From positions 11,337,483 through 11,401,482 of the forward strand of contig CM082582.2 of NCBI GenBank assembly GCA_040954595.2: a stretch of 64,000 nt of DNA, in the 5' to 3' direction. The position numbers were made by a program, and so were the translations under genes. Positions within the stretch are counted from its first letter, which is position 1. Each line of letters begins with the position of its first letter. Below the pieces are notes generated by a model that saw only the letters and a program-made list of their open reading frames with translations, was not told where the DNA came from and did not search any database. Shown here in pieces: positions 39,101-54,100 of this stretch. Source of the stretch: Balanoglossus misakiensis. Lineage: Eukaryota > Animalia > Hemichordata.

Positions 39101-42100
39101 AGAAAGTGGTCAATTACAACGTCAGGGTGCCGGCTTTGAAGGTCGCATTTCTGCGGCCACTCAATGACATTTCCGAAGCAGTCTGGTGCAATAACAGAGG
39201 TACAAATTGCCAGCTATTTGCAGTGCAAAGCAAATTATCCATCCCATCTACACACACCCCCGGGTCACCATTTCAACCTGGCATTATACACAAATAGACT
39301 ATTAATAGGCACCAGTTTGGTTGCCTAGTGTAAACACCAATTTGTTAATTGGTCACCAGAGCACTTCACTCAGGCCGGGGTTGATTTTGAAAATCTTGGA
39401 AATGACTGCTAATGGAGTTGTCGGGCCAAAACGGTGTGTTTTGTACACTTCATGGGTCCTTCAGTTTCACAGGCGACCTCCCTCAGGTCTCTTCCCTGTC
39501 TGGAATCTTTACCAATCCTCCCCCACAACCAAATGACATCAGCATCAATTAGTTTCAAAGCTTCGTACATAGCTTGGAAAGGCATCAGGTCAGATTGATC
39601 CATCTTAGCCCCCCAAGTTTAGATTTCCTGTACCGAAATAACCCCAGAGTGAAAATACCAGGGATGTTTTCGCTAATTCAGTTTTAGTTCTGCAAGCCAG
39701 ACTGTCGGGCTTTGGTTTCCTCCGCACACATTCCAGCATATCAGATGCTGGGATATTTTTATAAATCGCATTCAGACTAAGATATACATGTTTTGAGCTA
39801 CTCCTCGAACTAAGTACCTTGCATGTGATTGAAATTATTTCTCATTAATAAAACGTGACCCTTGCAGTGGGTAGGTCATGTTTTATTAGGCAAATATGTT
39901 ATCTGTCTGTTATTCAAAGAGGCCAATTTGCCAGCCAGTAATAGATTAGTATAAAGCAGCCAGATAATTTTTTTGTAGCTACTCAAGAAGCAATTCCTCA
40001 CTTGATGATACATCTGTTAGCCAGGTTTTAGTAACTAAAATAACAGATCTATTAAAATTACAATTTATATTATGAAATACTAGAGGGTTGAATGTCTGTT
40101 TGATGTTCACTTGGTTGTTCAGTAATTATTACTGCATATTAAATTGATTGAGCAGTGTTTCAGAACAGACATACATATGCCATGTTAGTTATTGCCAGAA
40201 TGCTAGTATTAAACAGAATTCCAACTCTTGTAATAATTATGCCATCAAGTACATGGAAATGATATCATAACAGATAACTATAATGTTAGCTATGCACATT
40301 GACATCTGTTTACCTCATAATGATGACCTTGGTAATTAGTAGACCTGATGGTATGAAGCAGTACAATGCAGAGAGCTGATTGGAATGCTTTTTGACAGGA
40401 CACATCCTGTGGGGCTCACTGTAAGAGGAATCTTGTTTTGGCTGGTGGTTGTAAATAGTTTCTCCGGTTCACATGGCCTGCATTCTTTTCGAGGGGAAAA
40501 GGCATTGTTTTGATGTTGCCCTCAGGTTTGTTTTGCTGGCTCCTTGTCTGCCAGTTTTCTGTCATAAATTGAATAAAAGAAGTTTTTTTTTTCCAATTTC
40601 ATACCACTGTAGTATGTAAGTTGTATGATTGTAAAGAGGTACATGTAATGAAATATCAAGTCATGTCAATATTTATTCCTTTGGGAAGGACATGTTTGAA
40701 GAAATGCTTTACAGACTGTCCATCAACTCATTCTATAGTATACCTAAAAAGCTGTACATTACAAAAGTGTACATTTCAAATGAGGTTGTCAGAAGGAACC
40801 CTATAGACACTCGAGTGGAGAGCCATGTTGCCCTTCTCCGAGCGTTGTTTTCAAACAGACTGTAGCCTTTAGTGTTCATCAACAACATTCCAATCTCTTG
40901 CTATCTGATAAACACTGTATGCAGTAGTGCCGGTCTCCCCCTGCTGGCTACTTGCTTGTTACAAAGATGAGATCGATACGCCATTGGTGAAGAAATTCTG
41001 CCGGAGTGTGTCGACCCTTTCCTATGCCTCTCCAGTCGGCCTTGCGTCACAAACAATGATGTTCCAGATTTATGTCAGTCTCGCAAGTATTGAAGTAAAT
41101 AGACAGCATAATTGACAAAGCATTTTATGTATTTTCGTATTTTCAATATAACGGTACATGTTGATGTGAGTCGGCTTCTGTCTTTGCCGCAGTGCTATTT
41201 AATGGAAGAAAATAAATCGCAAGAGGTATGGACATAAAAAAAGAAAGAAATAGAGATGACAGAAATAGCCCATCTGTAGGGTCATACCACTTCCTTCAGA
41301 GCTCCCTATAAACATGAAAATAATTGAAAATTGAGTCTGTCCGTCTGCCAAGAAATACATCCGAGATTCTGTCATTGTATGAAAATATTTCATCGTGTTT
41401 CCAGTCTGCCAAGCAATGCATTTGAGCATCTATCCTTCCATGAAAATATTTTCATCATTTTCCGCAGCTGTTGCATCTTCATAGGTTTTCCCGGAGACCA
41501 CACGTAAGAGCGTTGCTATGGCAACGGACGTCTTGATTGAACGGCCTGTCAGGTGGGCCAGTTGCCGGTGCCAATCAGCCGCACGCATACTTAACGGTGC
41601 TGCTGACTCTAAAGAGATGCAAGTATCGTATACTGCCGCGATTCGAAGCATGCGGGAATTTTTACTGCTCTGTCAATAAGGTGCATTCAGGTTATGCATC
41701 GCCACATAGAATGAAAACAGCAAAGGGTGCTGAATATTCTTCTGCAGAAATTGTTGCCATTGCCATTTACTTCAAGGTCATTCGGAAGACTTGTCTGAAT
41801 ATTTTAAGTTGTATAAAAAAAGCATACGGCTAGAGCCTGAGCTTTCGAACTAGTATCATGTCTTTCATACGAGGACAAGGTCGCGGAAGTCTTGTCATTC
41901 CAGTTGCATGACTACTATTTTAAGAGGCAATGAACGACGTCCAATGGTATGAGGCATGTGTCAAACAAGTCTAGTTCAAAAGCCAAATCTAATCTTAGTG
42001 TTTTTTTGTAACTAAATATAGAAGAGAAGTTCAAGAAGTTGAAAATTGAGATCAAAAATTGGGACAAGGTCATGTGGACGAATTTACGGACATAGCTGCC

Positions 42101-45100
42101 ATCCATTGTTCTTTCTTTTTAAGGGGGGGGGGGGGTTATTGAATCCCTGACACGTCTGTCAGTGTTCAATATTTGACAGATATTTGTGGTGTCATTTGCA
42201 GTCGGCATTGTTGAACTTCCAAGCTACTTGGTGCACAGTTCATGTCTGGCACCATGACAAGAGCTGGCAATCTTTTGAAGGGCACCGACTCTCAACGCAG
42301 AGTAAACGTGATTCTTTGCATGTGTCTACATAGGCAATGTCCTCAATTTGACCTACATACATCTACAGCTCATTACGTACATTTTACAGTGTATTTCAGC
42401 CAACTGAGTAATATAAGAGATGCGAAAATGACCTTTGTACATATATAATACTTCCTGGTATTCCTATAAATCAGAACTGTTTGAAAAGACAATGTCAAAC
42501 ATTTCTGATCAAGTTGTTAAAAGTCTGGCAATCTGATTAGATTTCTATTTAGAGTTGTCCACAGACTACTTTTATATACACACATGTACACGTAGGATCT
42601 TGCTGATAAAATTACATACTTGTATTATTTATTGATCATAAAAATCAGTGTGGGGATAATACAAGACATATCATGTTGTGGACAGATATTGCATTAAATT
42701 GCTGTCTTGGCTGTTCATCTCCCTAACCTAATTGGCAAAGTATGTGTGAATTTTATTGCAGATCATAATATCTGTGCACAACTTTAAGTATTTGATGTTC
42801 TGTGGAACAGATTAGCATGCCAAGTATTGATAATTTATTCAGTGGTAATTTACATTATAAGTCATGACAAAAATATGGTGGTTTACATTGGTGAAACCGT
42901 TTGAGATTCAGTAGCCATGATTCTGTCATTGGTATGATTTCATGAAATATTAAATATGCCGTATTTGGTATTCTGCCAATGTACCTTTGAAATCCCAGCA
43001 ATATTGATAACATGCAGTGCCAGCTTTGCACATTGTAGTTATATCTCCTGGTTCACTGGGGACATGGCAAAGCCCAACCTGTAAGGTCTTACAGCAAGTG
43101 TTGTGGAAACTGAATTTTTTGTTTTATACTTTTTTTGTTGTAGTGTGTGAAGATAGAGAAGACTGTGGCATGGTGACATCAGCACTGGATGCAACCACCC
43201 CAGATGAACTCCTCTCACCTCTTGCTAAGTTAGAGAAATATATTGACAGTGATAATGTTTTTAATAGGTGAGTAGAGTCAGCCAACCGCCTTCAGCGTAT
43301 CATGATGTGAATTATGGGAGGACACTGTCACATGACTGATCTCCAACATGAAAATGTATTATTTAGTCACCTGTGGAAACTTAGCTGCAACCACAGAAAT
43401 TTGAGGTGTAGCCAATTGCAGAGTTTTACGTCAGTGACCACGCAATAAATACAATGCATAAGAACTGAGACATGTCCTTTTAACCATATATGGACATATG
43501 CAAATTAAAGGTGACTGTATTTCTATAACATTGAATATGTGCAACAGAATATTTTGCACTGAATGCTCATCACATGGGAAAATACATGCCTGAAGAAGAC
43601 GCCTCTATTTGCAAGAAATGCGAGTTTGGTGTCAAAGATATCAAGCCTCAAGAAATGATGTCTTTGAGAGCTCTTATCATGGTACATGTAACATGTGGAT
43701 CACTATCAGTTCACATTCGTGGAGAGTGCAACTTGATCAGTTCATCAGCACATCTAGTCTAGGGCAGCAATATTTACTTGGCCAAGGCTGAGAATTAAAG
43801 GCCTTGTATGCTCGGCCAAGCAGAAGTAATACAATATCAAGGCAAATGGGGATCAACTGAACTCGTAGGAGATTGCACTCTGGAATAATGAGTACGGGAG
43901 CGATTGGAAATGGCTTGTTGCATGAGAGAGGTGTCTAAAATATGATTGAATTGTGTGCGTTATCTCTGATGGCCATTTTTATGATGGCTTGTGATTTGAA
44001 TTACAAATTCAAAGCGGGAGATTTTCACAGGAAAATATATTACGTACTCCTGCACACACAACACCACCACCTTCACAATGAAACAGAACACATAGAAAAG
44101 AATATACATGTAATAAAGCTGAAAGGATGCATACATGATATCTGCAACGTTAACACAGCCAGCTGGCCTTGTGTGGTGAAACTAGGCCTACCACGAAGCT
44201 TGTCCTGCTGAGGCTTGGCTTGGCTCATTTTACTGAAGATCGGGAACACGCTCCGAAGGATAAGACAACCAAAGGACTGCAAAGGATCTCGTAGGTCAGG
44301 TCATCTTCAGTATGACATTTTTAATCCTGAAATTTGTCAGTCATGCAGCAGAGATGAAATGGCCATAATTGCATTCTGAAGAGATATGTTTGATCGTCAT
44401 ATTACTGGCCAAAGTATTAAACAAATGTCTAGAGTTCAGTCGCTGGAAAAGTTAATGTGAAATTATGATATGCAGTGAAGAGTAAGAGTTCTGATTAAAC
44501 TTTCTGACATACCACATGCTTCAGAATTACTTCAGGAAAACAAGTAGTCTATATTTAGTGCAAGAAGATATTGTTGACTGGTGGCAATACTTTTTGGAAG
44601 GTCAGAAAGATCATCGTCGAATGTTAGAGTGTGAGAGGTGTCTTTCTTATTTTCCCGATCCTTGTTATCCATGAAACATAACAACCGTTGATATTTAATG
44701 CTGATGAATTTACTTGTGTGGGTTAAATAGTGCTTGTGTGTCAGAGAACGAGTGTCTTGAAGAAGTGCAGTGATTCAAATGCTAGAGGTTGCTCAGCTGT
44801 TGTCTGGAGTGTTGCTGGAGTTTGAAACTGAAACTGCCAAATAATCATGTTGGTCATAGAAAGCCTCTATCTGCCAGATATATAATGACACTGAGTGTGG
44901 CAGTAATTGAAGCGTGACACAGACGTAGGGAAAAATGCTGATTTCATTGAAATAGGTCACAATGCTTTTATTATTATCAGTGCCATGTCATGACTGTTTG
45001 ATCTGTGTTGCCTTGAACATGTTGCACGCAGAATCACTTGCGTGTATCCTTGAACCAGCCAGCCTCCAGCCAGACACGCAGCTAATGCACTAGAAAACGT

Positions 45101-48100
45101 CAATCCAATCCTTCCATGGCAGCCTACGCAGTCTCTCTCTTCATTTCCTTCGTCCCAGCATGTCTGGGAAAATTTGTTTAATTTGCTGATGTGATGGGAG
45201 TGATGTGGGGGCCTCTGTCTGCACTAGCCGGCTTGGGAGTGAGGATTGGCGCGGTGTGTGTGTGCATGCAAAGCTGAATAGACCCCACTGTTAGTGTTAC
45301 TGGTGACCTTGCGAGTTGGCTGTTCCCTTCAGTATACACGCAGATCCAAGGACAGGTACTTTGCCGGCAAAAAAGGTGTAGTGCGGAAAGCAGAAAATCT
45401 GGCGGCGTTCTTTGTTGTCTGTGTGTGTGGCTTATTTTGTTACATCAGTGGAATTTCAAAGACACTGGGAAATGTTTCATATGATCTGTGGATGTACTCG
45501 GGAGTCGTCTCATCTTGCTTTATTACGTCTCTCGCTTACCTGGCCATGAGAAAAACCGACAGTACAGCTGTAGCTCTGACTCAGTATCCGCATAAATTTA
45601 CAGAATGCTGGTTGTCAATATCAGGTCAATCATTAATGTATTTTTTATGTTTCAGCTCTTACACTCCACAGTGAGGCGATAACGTTGGCATCTTGATATT
45701 GTTTCTTTTTTTCTTCATCCTTGGATATTGTTCCCTTTTGTAAATTTTACGCACAATTGACACCGTTTTCTCTTCTTCTTTTTCATAGGCAAATTGTGGC
45801 CCGGGGTTTGTTAGACACCTTCCGATATGTTGTTGACAGTCCTGAAGAAAAGGAAACCGTGGTGCAAGCTTTGGTGCACATGTCAGATGACGTTGGTGAG
45901 TAGTTTTTTATAATGAAACTGAAAGCATAATTCTTACCACTGCATTTATATCCTGTGTATCAGTCTCGCGAAAATGTCGCTGAAACGATGACCTCACAGG
46001 GTTCACTTTTAAAGGATTTACTCCACATTCATTAAATATGCATCTGTGGTACATTTTTGTTTGTCGGGAGATATTGTCATCAGGATATTCCGGCCAACCG
46101 GAGGTCATCTGGTTCGCTGAACCAGACACGAATATTACAGGTGCACAGGGGAAATAATTAGGGTTTCCTCTCCGCTGTGTGAGAACGGTGGTGAAAATTT
46201 TCCGCTGTTCGCCATTACCCTTTTGAGGCCCTAGTTTGTATTCAAAAAGGCTGTGTAAAACCTCCTCCCCACTTCCCATTTGTCGTGTACTGTGCAGTGA
46301 AATGGGAGCGTTCGAAGAACCATTTGTTGATGGCGCTTGTGTTCCTAGAATTAGTGACAACTGTGAAGTGTGGTGTATCTGATTGAAATAAAAAAAATTC
46401 CTGGGAAATCTTTTCAGGTGTGTTATGATCTACGGCAGCCAGTCTGTACATAACAGCTCGTACTTTGAATCATCACAACCTACCCAGATGATGGGCCTCA
46501 GATAAAATACATATATTCTAGATGGAAAAAAAGTGTTGCAAAAATGCCGCCACTGTGAAGGTTTTGCCGGGGAACAAATCTGCTATTAAAAGAAAAATAT
46601 CCGTGCTTGAGAGCTTAACATGTCAAGGACAATGCTGTTCATTCCGTGTGTTAGCTCGCATCAATTCAACTGGAGAGAGATATTAAGATGAGCTCCTAAA
46701 GGAGTGTATCAGAGAATTCTTCATGCTGGGAATGAACATGATTTTAATCCTTTCACCGCTGTGGTTCGGTCCAAATGTATTGTTTTCTGTGGTCAAGTTG
46801 GGCCTCTACACAAGGAAACAGGGTTAAGCCCTGAAAAAAATGTGTATTTCAGTTCCTCGTGGGGGGTGAAGGCATTTCTTCAAGTGTCACTGATTTTCCA
46901 ATGATAATTTTTGGGTGTGTGTATATCCAAATGCTTATCAGTACATGTATACTTAGCCACAAGCCAATGCTAATCAATACAAATCAATATGAATCATACA
47001 AGTAGTTAGTCCCTGAAAGCAGCATTCTTAAATTGACCTACAAATATGCAAAGATGCTTCTGCTGTGGAAATTCTCCAAGGTCAAGTTAATGAAATTCTC
47101 TATTTAAATCTTAAAACGGGGAAAATTTTAGAAAATCTAATGAACTGCAGAAATTTCCTGCACAAGGGAATGTTACGTTGAAAAGCCAAACGGTGAATAT
47201 TTCTGCAGGAAAAGAGGGAATGCTAATTTGGGTGTAACTGTCGCGAGTGTCATATAAAGCACAGAGTATCTGGGTGCATAAATTATAATATTGTAGAAAA
47301 TACCTAAATACAAGAAAAAAATGTACCGTGTTAAATGTAATTTTTTCCAGGGCTTTATCATCATAATGTGATTTTCAGAGATATAGACATGAAAAGAACA
47401 ATGGTGTGCCTGTGGATTCTTTATAGACAGAATAACCACTAGACTGTAAAAATACCATTCCTACCTTACAATATTTTTCTATTTTACTAGCTTATCTGCC
47501 TAAAATCATATCATGTTTCAGTGCCCTCAATTTGCTGAACCCTCTTCTTAGTCTGGAAAAAAATGTCTATTTGTGTATAGATTCTGGTTTCATGAACTGA
47601 AATCAAACTGCAAATTCAAGTCTTACATTGAATATGTTGATCACCAGTCTTTCATGTTCTTTTTTTATTTTCAGAGCCGTCAGTGCGAGCCGAACTCATG
47701 GAGCAAATCCCACATATTGCAATGTTCTGTCAAGACAACCGAGATAACTTCCCGGACACTGTGTCACGATGTATTATTCCCATGGTTACGCGGTATTTGG
47801 TGGACACAAATGTTCAGGTCAGTTAACTCCCCTCCACACAGTTAATTATCATCCATGTAGGTCGTTTTTTTCAGTAGACTTGTAGAGAGACCACAAAATC
47901 GTTTGAGGTGTATTATGGCTGCATGAACATAATTTTTAATCTATGATTTTCTTGTTTAATATTTTAATATTAAGTGAAAATGTGTCATTTAATCACATGG
48001 AGTATCATTTCTTCATTGTCTTTACTGGTAAAATCCAAACAATCAGGGTTATAGTGAAGATTGTGATTTTTTTTTAATCACACATGTGGAAATAAGTGCA

Positions 48101-51100
48101 GGAATGTGGGTTTTACAGAAATGTAGCAGACCATCTTGTGATGCGTATCTTTTAGTAAAAAAATATTAATTACAGAAGAAACTGGTAACAATTTTTTAAC
48201 AGCCTAGATGTTTTGACTGAGGGGGTAGTCATAGAGAGCAGAGTTCTTTGAAAGGTTATCGTTTGAAAATCTTCATCAAATGACAGCTGATACGCATCTG
48301 TTGACACAAAAAAAAATGATTAAAGTTCAGTCGAAATGAACGTGGCCAGTAACTTCGCTTGGAGTCTGGTTGAACCTTTGAGATGCCAGGATGTAGTGCG
48401 AGCTCAAATTCGAATGTAGGCGTCAGAATTGATGAGAGTTTGATGTGATGGAAATGAGAGGAGGTGTGGGAGGAATTGTTTCTTTGGGGGTGAAATAGTG
48501 AGTGAAGGAGAGAAAAACAAAGTAACCAGTCATTCTGGCTGCCGGCTCTTATCTGCATCCCCCGGAAAAAATCCACTTGACATTTCGGGGCAATAAAATC
48601 TTTTGCCAAAACAGTGGGAGTGTCATTATGCACGACTGTATTGCTGGCTAGAGATCACTTTGTAAGAGGTACACGCAGGCGTGTGTCTATAAAACTTGCT
48701 GTATTTGAACAGCAAAGTTGATATTCCGCGGGTTAAGAGATAACAAGTGACACGGGGTGTGGCTGACAAGATGCAGATGCAGTATCAAATGCTTCTCTCT
48801 GCCCGGTAAAAAGGTCTGACAATAATTGATGCCCTAGTTATCATCCCTGCAGAGTACTGAACTGCCATGAACTCTCAGTGAATCCATGTCAGCCTGTTTT
48901 TTTTTTTTAAGGCGAAGCTTGTTGGAACAGTTTGCATGCCCTGTTTGTTGAACTCTGTGTATGTGTCTGTCTGTCTGATTGTCTGTCTATCTGTCTGTCT
49001 GTCTATGTCTGATGTTAGTGGTAAATATTTTCATTCAGAAATGTTCAGTGAAATGCCGGTGCTGTGTGCTGATTCAATGTTCTAAATCTGAAAATAAGGG
49101 AAACATTACCTCTGAAGAGGTAACTTGTGCACTGTTTTGTAAGGAGTGGATGGTTACAGTCTAATGGACAGGATCTACCTGGCCAGTTAATTCCCGTTGA
49201 GAAAAGCATCAGTGGATTTTATGAATCATTGACTTGAAAGTCTTCACAGGAGAATTAGAGCATGGTACAGTCTGTAGTCCCAGCCGCTCCAATCAGAATA
49301 ACCTGTAATATTGTAGAAAGACCTGTAATGTTTTTTAATCAGGCCGGGTCAATTAATCTATTGTGTAATTGAAGTCTCGTTTCAGGCTGTTGTGGTTGAA
49401 AAATGATTTTCATGAATAGGGTCTGAAATATATGTTTAATAAATTAAATATATGAGTCATGTATATACCCAATCACTTTTCATTTCACTGTGTATTATTT
49501 TTCACTTCCCAGGTTCGAAAAACCAGTCAGGCAGCTGTCCTCGTCCTTCTGGAGCAGGAACTGATCGATAGAAACGATGTTGAAGATCATATTTGTCCTG
49601 TTTTAGTCCACCTCACTGGACCAGACAGCACAGATGATTACAGAACTGAAGCTGTTGCTGTGAGTTTTGATATTCATTATTGTGTGGAGAAAAAATATTG
49701 ATAAAACAGCTAATCCTGGTCTTTCAAAAACCAAATGTTGTTTACGTCCGTGGCATAAGTGTTGCATGTTTTTCTTCGGGTTGTTGGAAAGTTGTGTTTT
49801 TGTTGTAATACTCTCTGGTTGTGTTTTTGTGTTAAATTAATAGTCAGAGTGTAATAGCTGTTATATCAAAGCTGAACAAGTCAGCCTTCTTACTGGCACT
49901 TCTGAAAAAGCATCCACAATCAATCATGATTGATGCGAAGAATATCCGCTGTCATCTCGCCCAAGCTGCCGTCTGCCACCTGTGTGTTCCGCAGAGAGAT
50001 GAAATTGGACAGACTGCGCCTCGCTCTGTATTCTTCCATAAAGAAGGGAGCCGCGAAAGTATTGGGTTGTATTTTGTGAAAGACACAGGTAGTGAGATAG
50101 TCCATGCTGTGCATCTCGCTACTTTGGTCTCTCTCCAAAATGCAAACTCTAATGTACACGCAAAACCAGCAAAGGAAGATGTTACCAGGACAGCACTGAG
50201 AGGCAGTGATCACAGGACCAGTGAGGTACCTTCTTCAATGTGTGCAACGGCATCCTTTCACCCAAGTGTTCCATACCACTCGTCCCTGATGGACAAGATA
50301 GTCAGCAAATGTACTCTCGCGGGCAAATCCACTTGTGTATTTCTTATTCAAAGAAAATCAATACGATTTCTTCCTTTTCATCAATTACCTCATAACAACT
50401 GTTTTCCAATGGTTGGAATCTTTTGTTATCACCCTAAGACTCACAGTTATCTGCCCTGATCTTCGTCCTTCGCATACATTTGCGTAGACCTACTTCTGTG
50501 ATGTTATTTATATGTCTGGACATACCACTGTGTTCAATGCTGTATGGGAAGGCATTACTTGATTTCAATGTAACACAATCCCAGATGATCAACATGTCAA
50601 AGCAACCAATACCACATCAATAACATCTCAAAAATAACCAAAGTGGCAGCTATGCTGTATGATAAATTTTTAGTCCGTGCTGTGAGCATCCACGACAGCT
50701 TGCTGTTTCATTTGATAAAATACTGGAAAGTATCCTCTTTCGTCCGACAAGAGATACATGTACGTGGTTTTAAAGAGTACATCGTGCGCTGCGTAGATTT
50801 AAAGATCTTGAGTGATATTTTATAGCCAGACACACACTTTACATGTGTCATCTATAATGCATTGTATCTGCATTAGGGCAACGGTGTGTCTGCCTGGGAG
50901 TGAAGGGGCGTGTGGCGCGATATGTTATTTCATGCAATTATTGATGGCATGCATGGTTGTGTTCTGGCCGTCTCCCATTTCAAAGCAGATATAAAAATCA
51001 AAAGGAGACATGATTTAGGTTGTAAAAATGATATATTTGACACATTTCTGTGTTGTTATCTGATCAAGCCAAATGCCAAAAGAATTATTTTGCTTATGTC

Positions 51101-54100
51101 AGAGACTGATATTTAAATGTTAACAATATAGTGTCGCGCTGACATTCACAGCGATAGAATTTTGGATTTTAAAAAATAATCGTGTTGGAGAGTGGCCATA
51201 TGGAGACTAGGGTAAGCAGAGCTCAGATAAGTGCATCACAGCCATTGCCCAATGTCAGCTGGATCGTGTCAGTGAAAATTCCGGTCAGGAAGGGGTCAGC
51301 GAAATCTCAAGGTCACCAGGCGGTCATTTCGTTTGTCAGCTACGTACAATATAATTCTAGATTCTGGAGCAGACATTTGTCCTTCTTCATAACAGGCCCA
51401 ATACAGTTTTATTATGACAAATGGTTCATGCTATTTAGATTTCTAGGACTGTTATTAAAATGTAATGGACTATGTACATGCGACCCGGATAGATTCCCAA
51501 AATGGACTAAAAAATGCATAATAAAGTGAGCATAATCATTAATGGATCATTTCAAGTGCGCATACGTGTAGTCTTTTCACAGAGCACTGAAGCCAGATAG
51601 CTTACAATCTGCAAGGAGCAATTTTAATGGTCCATCAAATTTAGCGATCACATGTCATCAGTTCCAGATTTGGCCAGATCCATCATAATTATTTCTCCCA
51701 TCTTTTTTATGACATCATTGGTTGAGCTGAGTTCAACGTGTCTTAGTTCCTCCTGCCCTGCTGAACTGAACCTTAGTAATGGTATATGCTGTGTGAAAAA
51801 TAAACACTTTGTGGAATGTGTGTTTAGAATTTAGCCTATTCAAAATGATTGCTCTAATGAACATAATTTTGAATGCCTGGTTGTACATTGCTGCAATCTG
51901 TAGTGTTCAGAAAAAATCTGTGTAGTGACAATAAAATTCATGAAAATTTAAATTTATTCAGACAGAATCTGGTAAATGGATCCGTGTCAATCAATATATT
52001 GTTTTAGTAATAGCAAATTGAGTGTTTTGATTTTAAAAGATTGTTATCGTCATAAGAACATTTGGATTTCGAGATGTTTGTTATGAATTTGCGAGTTGAA
52101 CATATGGTATGGAGTGTGGGGGTGGATTCCTTTTGCATTGGATTCCAACAGTGCTATTGAAAACTCTTCCACCCACACACTGTTTATGACCAGTTTTTGC
52201 ATAAATGTTAGAACTAATAACATATTAGTTACATGTCGCATCAATCTGTGTTTTGTTGCTGTTTGGAAAATCTTTTGGGAGACACTGCCACACGCATTTG
52301 ATATTAACCATTACTGGAGATAATTGAAGTGCTTGCTTGATTTATCTGTAGTCCTCATCGAGTTCAGAGTACCGGTAGACTCATTTTTTCAACCGAAAAT
52401 AATATTCAACACTTCTGATTGTTCGAGTCATGTTGAATTTTGGAGAAGTGATTGTGTGAAGTTTAAAAAAAATTGTGGGATTTTCTGAGATTTAGAATAT
52501 TCTGTGCTGTTTGCCTGACAAAGTGAAATAGGATTAGAATAGGATCTGACCGGCCAGCTGTTGCTTAGTGTGGGGTCACATGACTGCCGAATCCAACCTT
52601 TGACCCCGATGATGCAGTACCAGCAGCCATAGTTGAACGGCGGTGACAGGGAAGTTTTTTTTTTCTGCACACTGGCATTTCAAGGTGGAAATGAAGATCA
52701 GCAGAATGGCGGGGCTAAACCTTTTGAGTGTTATGGTGTCTCTTGAGAGCCATATGGAGGATTTTGTAGTGAGAGTTCCTCCGTAGGCTCTCAGGAAGCA
52801 CTATCTCGCTTCAGAAAATGTCTGGTGGGGCCGTGGCTTTAACTTGTGAGAAGGGTTGATGGGTTCGGCATTTTATTGACCCAGTGGTTGTGAGGTTGAG
52901 CCAGTCCGTGGGAACAATGGCCGACCCTGAGAACGACGAGTCTGTGACACATCCTGTGCTGTCCAGTGGCCCGGGAGAGTTGTCGTGGACCAAGATTTAG
53001 AATCACCAGGTTTTTCTAGGACTCTGTGATTTTAGGGGCAGCTGGTGATTGACCAGGACTATTTTAGCTTACTGATGTCTGCGGTTGTTTTTCCCAAAGG
53101 TCATGGACATAATGTGTGTCTGATTGGAGTCGCTGACGCAGCTCATTTGCTGTGTGGTATATGCCGCTGTGCTCCTCAAAAAGACTGACTGTTCTAGATC
53201 AGCAGTAGTCGTTTTTTTATGGCGGCATTGTTTACTGTATTCATACATGACAATGACTGCTGAAATTCCTTTTGTTACCATTTGTGCTGTGACCTCAGGG
53301 CATGTGGGTTCCATTAAAATGCAGTCAAATTGCTTGTCAGGCTCTTAGACAGGCTTGAGTAGATGTTTAAACGGTGTTTGTACCCGTGCTTCACGTCGGT
53401 TAACTGAAAATTTGGGCTTATCTTAAAACTGTGCCTTCTTTCTGTTTTGCTAAACCAGTTCTGACTTGTTGGGCAGTGGACCATAAACTATTTCAATGTC
53501 TGTGTTTGCACTTCCAACAGCTAGCGGTGTGACCTTTCACCCCAGGACCAAAGTCTAGCCCGCCATTCATCTTGTCACCACCAGTAGTCAGGATACATGA
53601 CCCAAGAGAGTCCTGAGTACTCTGGTCAGCTTTTGTCTGCTTTCTGCAAAACGATGCGGATATTGTCGGATATTTTTTGTTCTTCGCCAAGAGTCATCGG
53701 TATGGTCTGGTCTCTTGAGAGCCATATGGAGGGAGACATTTCCAACACCCCTACATATGCTCCCAGGAAAGCAGAAGATATCAAAAATACTCAATCTGTG
53801 GAAAATCAAATTGAGCTGACCTCAAGTTTTAAGATGTTCTATTTATAGGTAGAGAGCATTTAATGTTGGAATTTTCAATGCCGAAGCTGTTCTCAGGGGA
53901 AGGACACTAACTGTAGTCTGGAACTTATAGCAGTCATGATTACCATGGAGAGGATGGCATTTCTAAGTTGCAAGTTCTGACCACTGACTGTGTTTTTTGT
54001 TGGAGTGGCTGACAAGTCTATGCTTGTGTCCCGAGGAATGTTATCTGTGTAAATAGTAGGGAGTGGTCATTTTGAACAGGAAATTGGTCATTTCAGCCAT

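Noticed and set aside
43300-43342. ATGATGT...CTGA as a possible C/D snoRNA
   Set aside because: Too short (about 40 nt), no recognisable rRNA guide, and far from a 3' splice site.
49926-50459. 177-aa intronic ORF in PPP4R1
   Set aside because: No recognisable motifs, and flanking PPP4R1 exons join without it.
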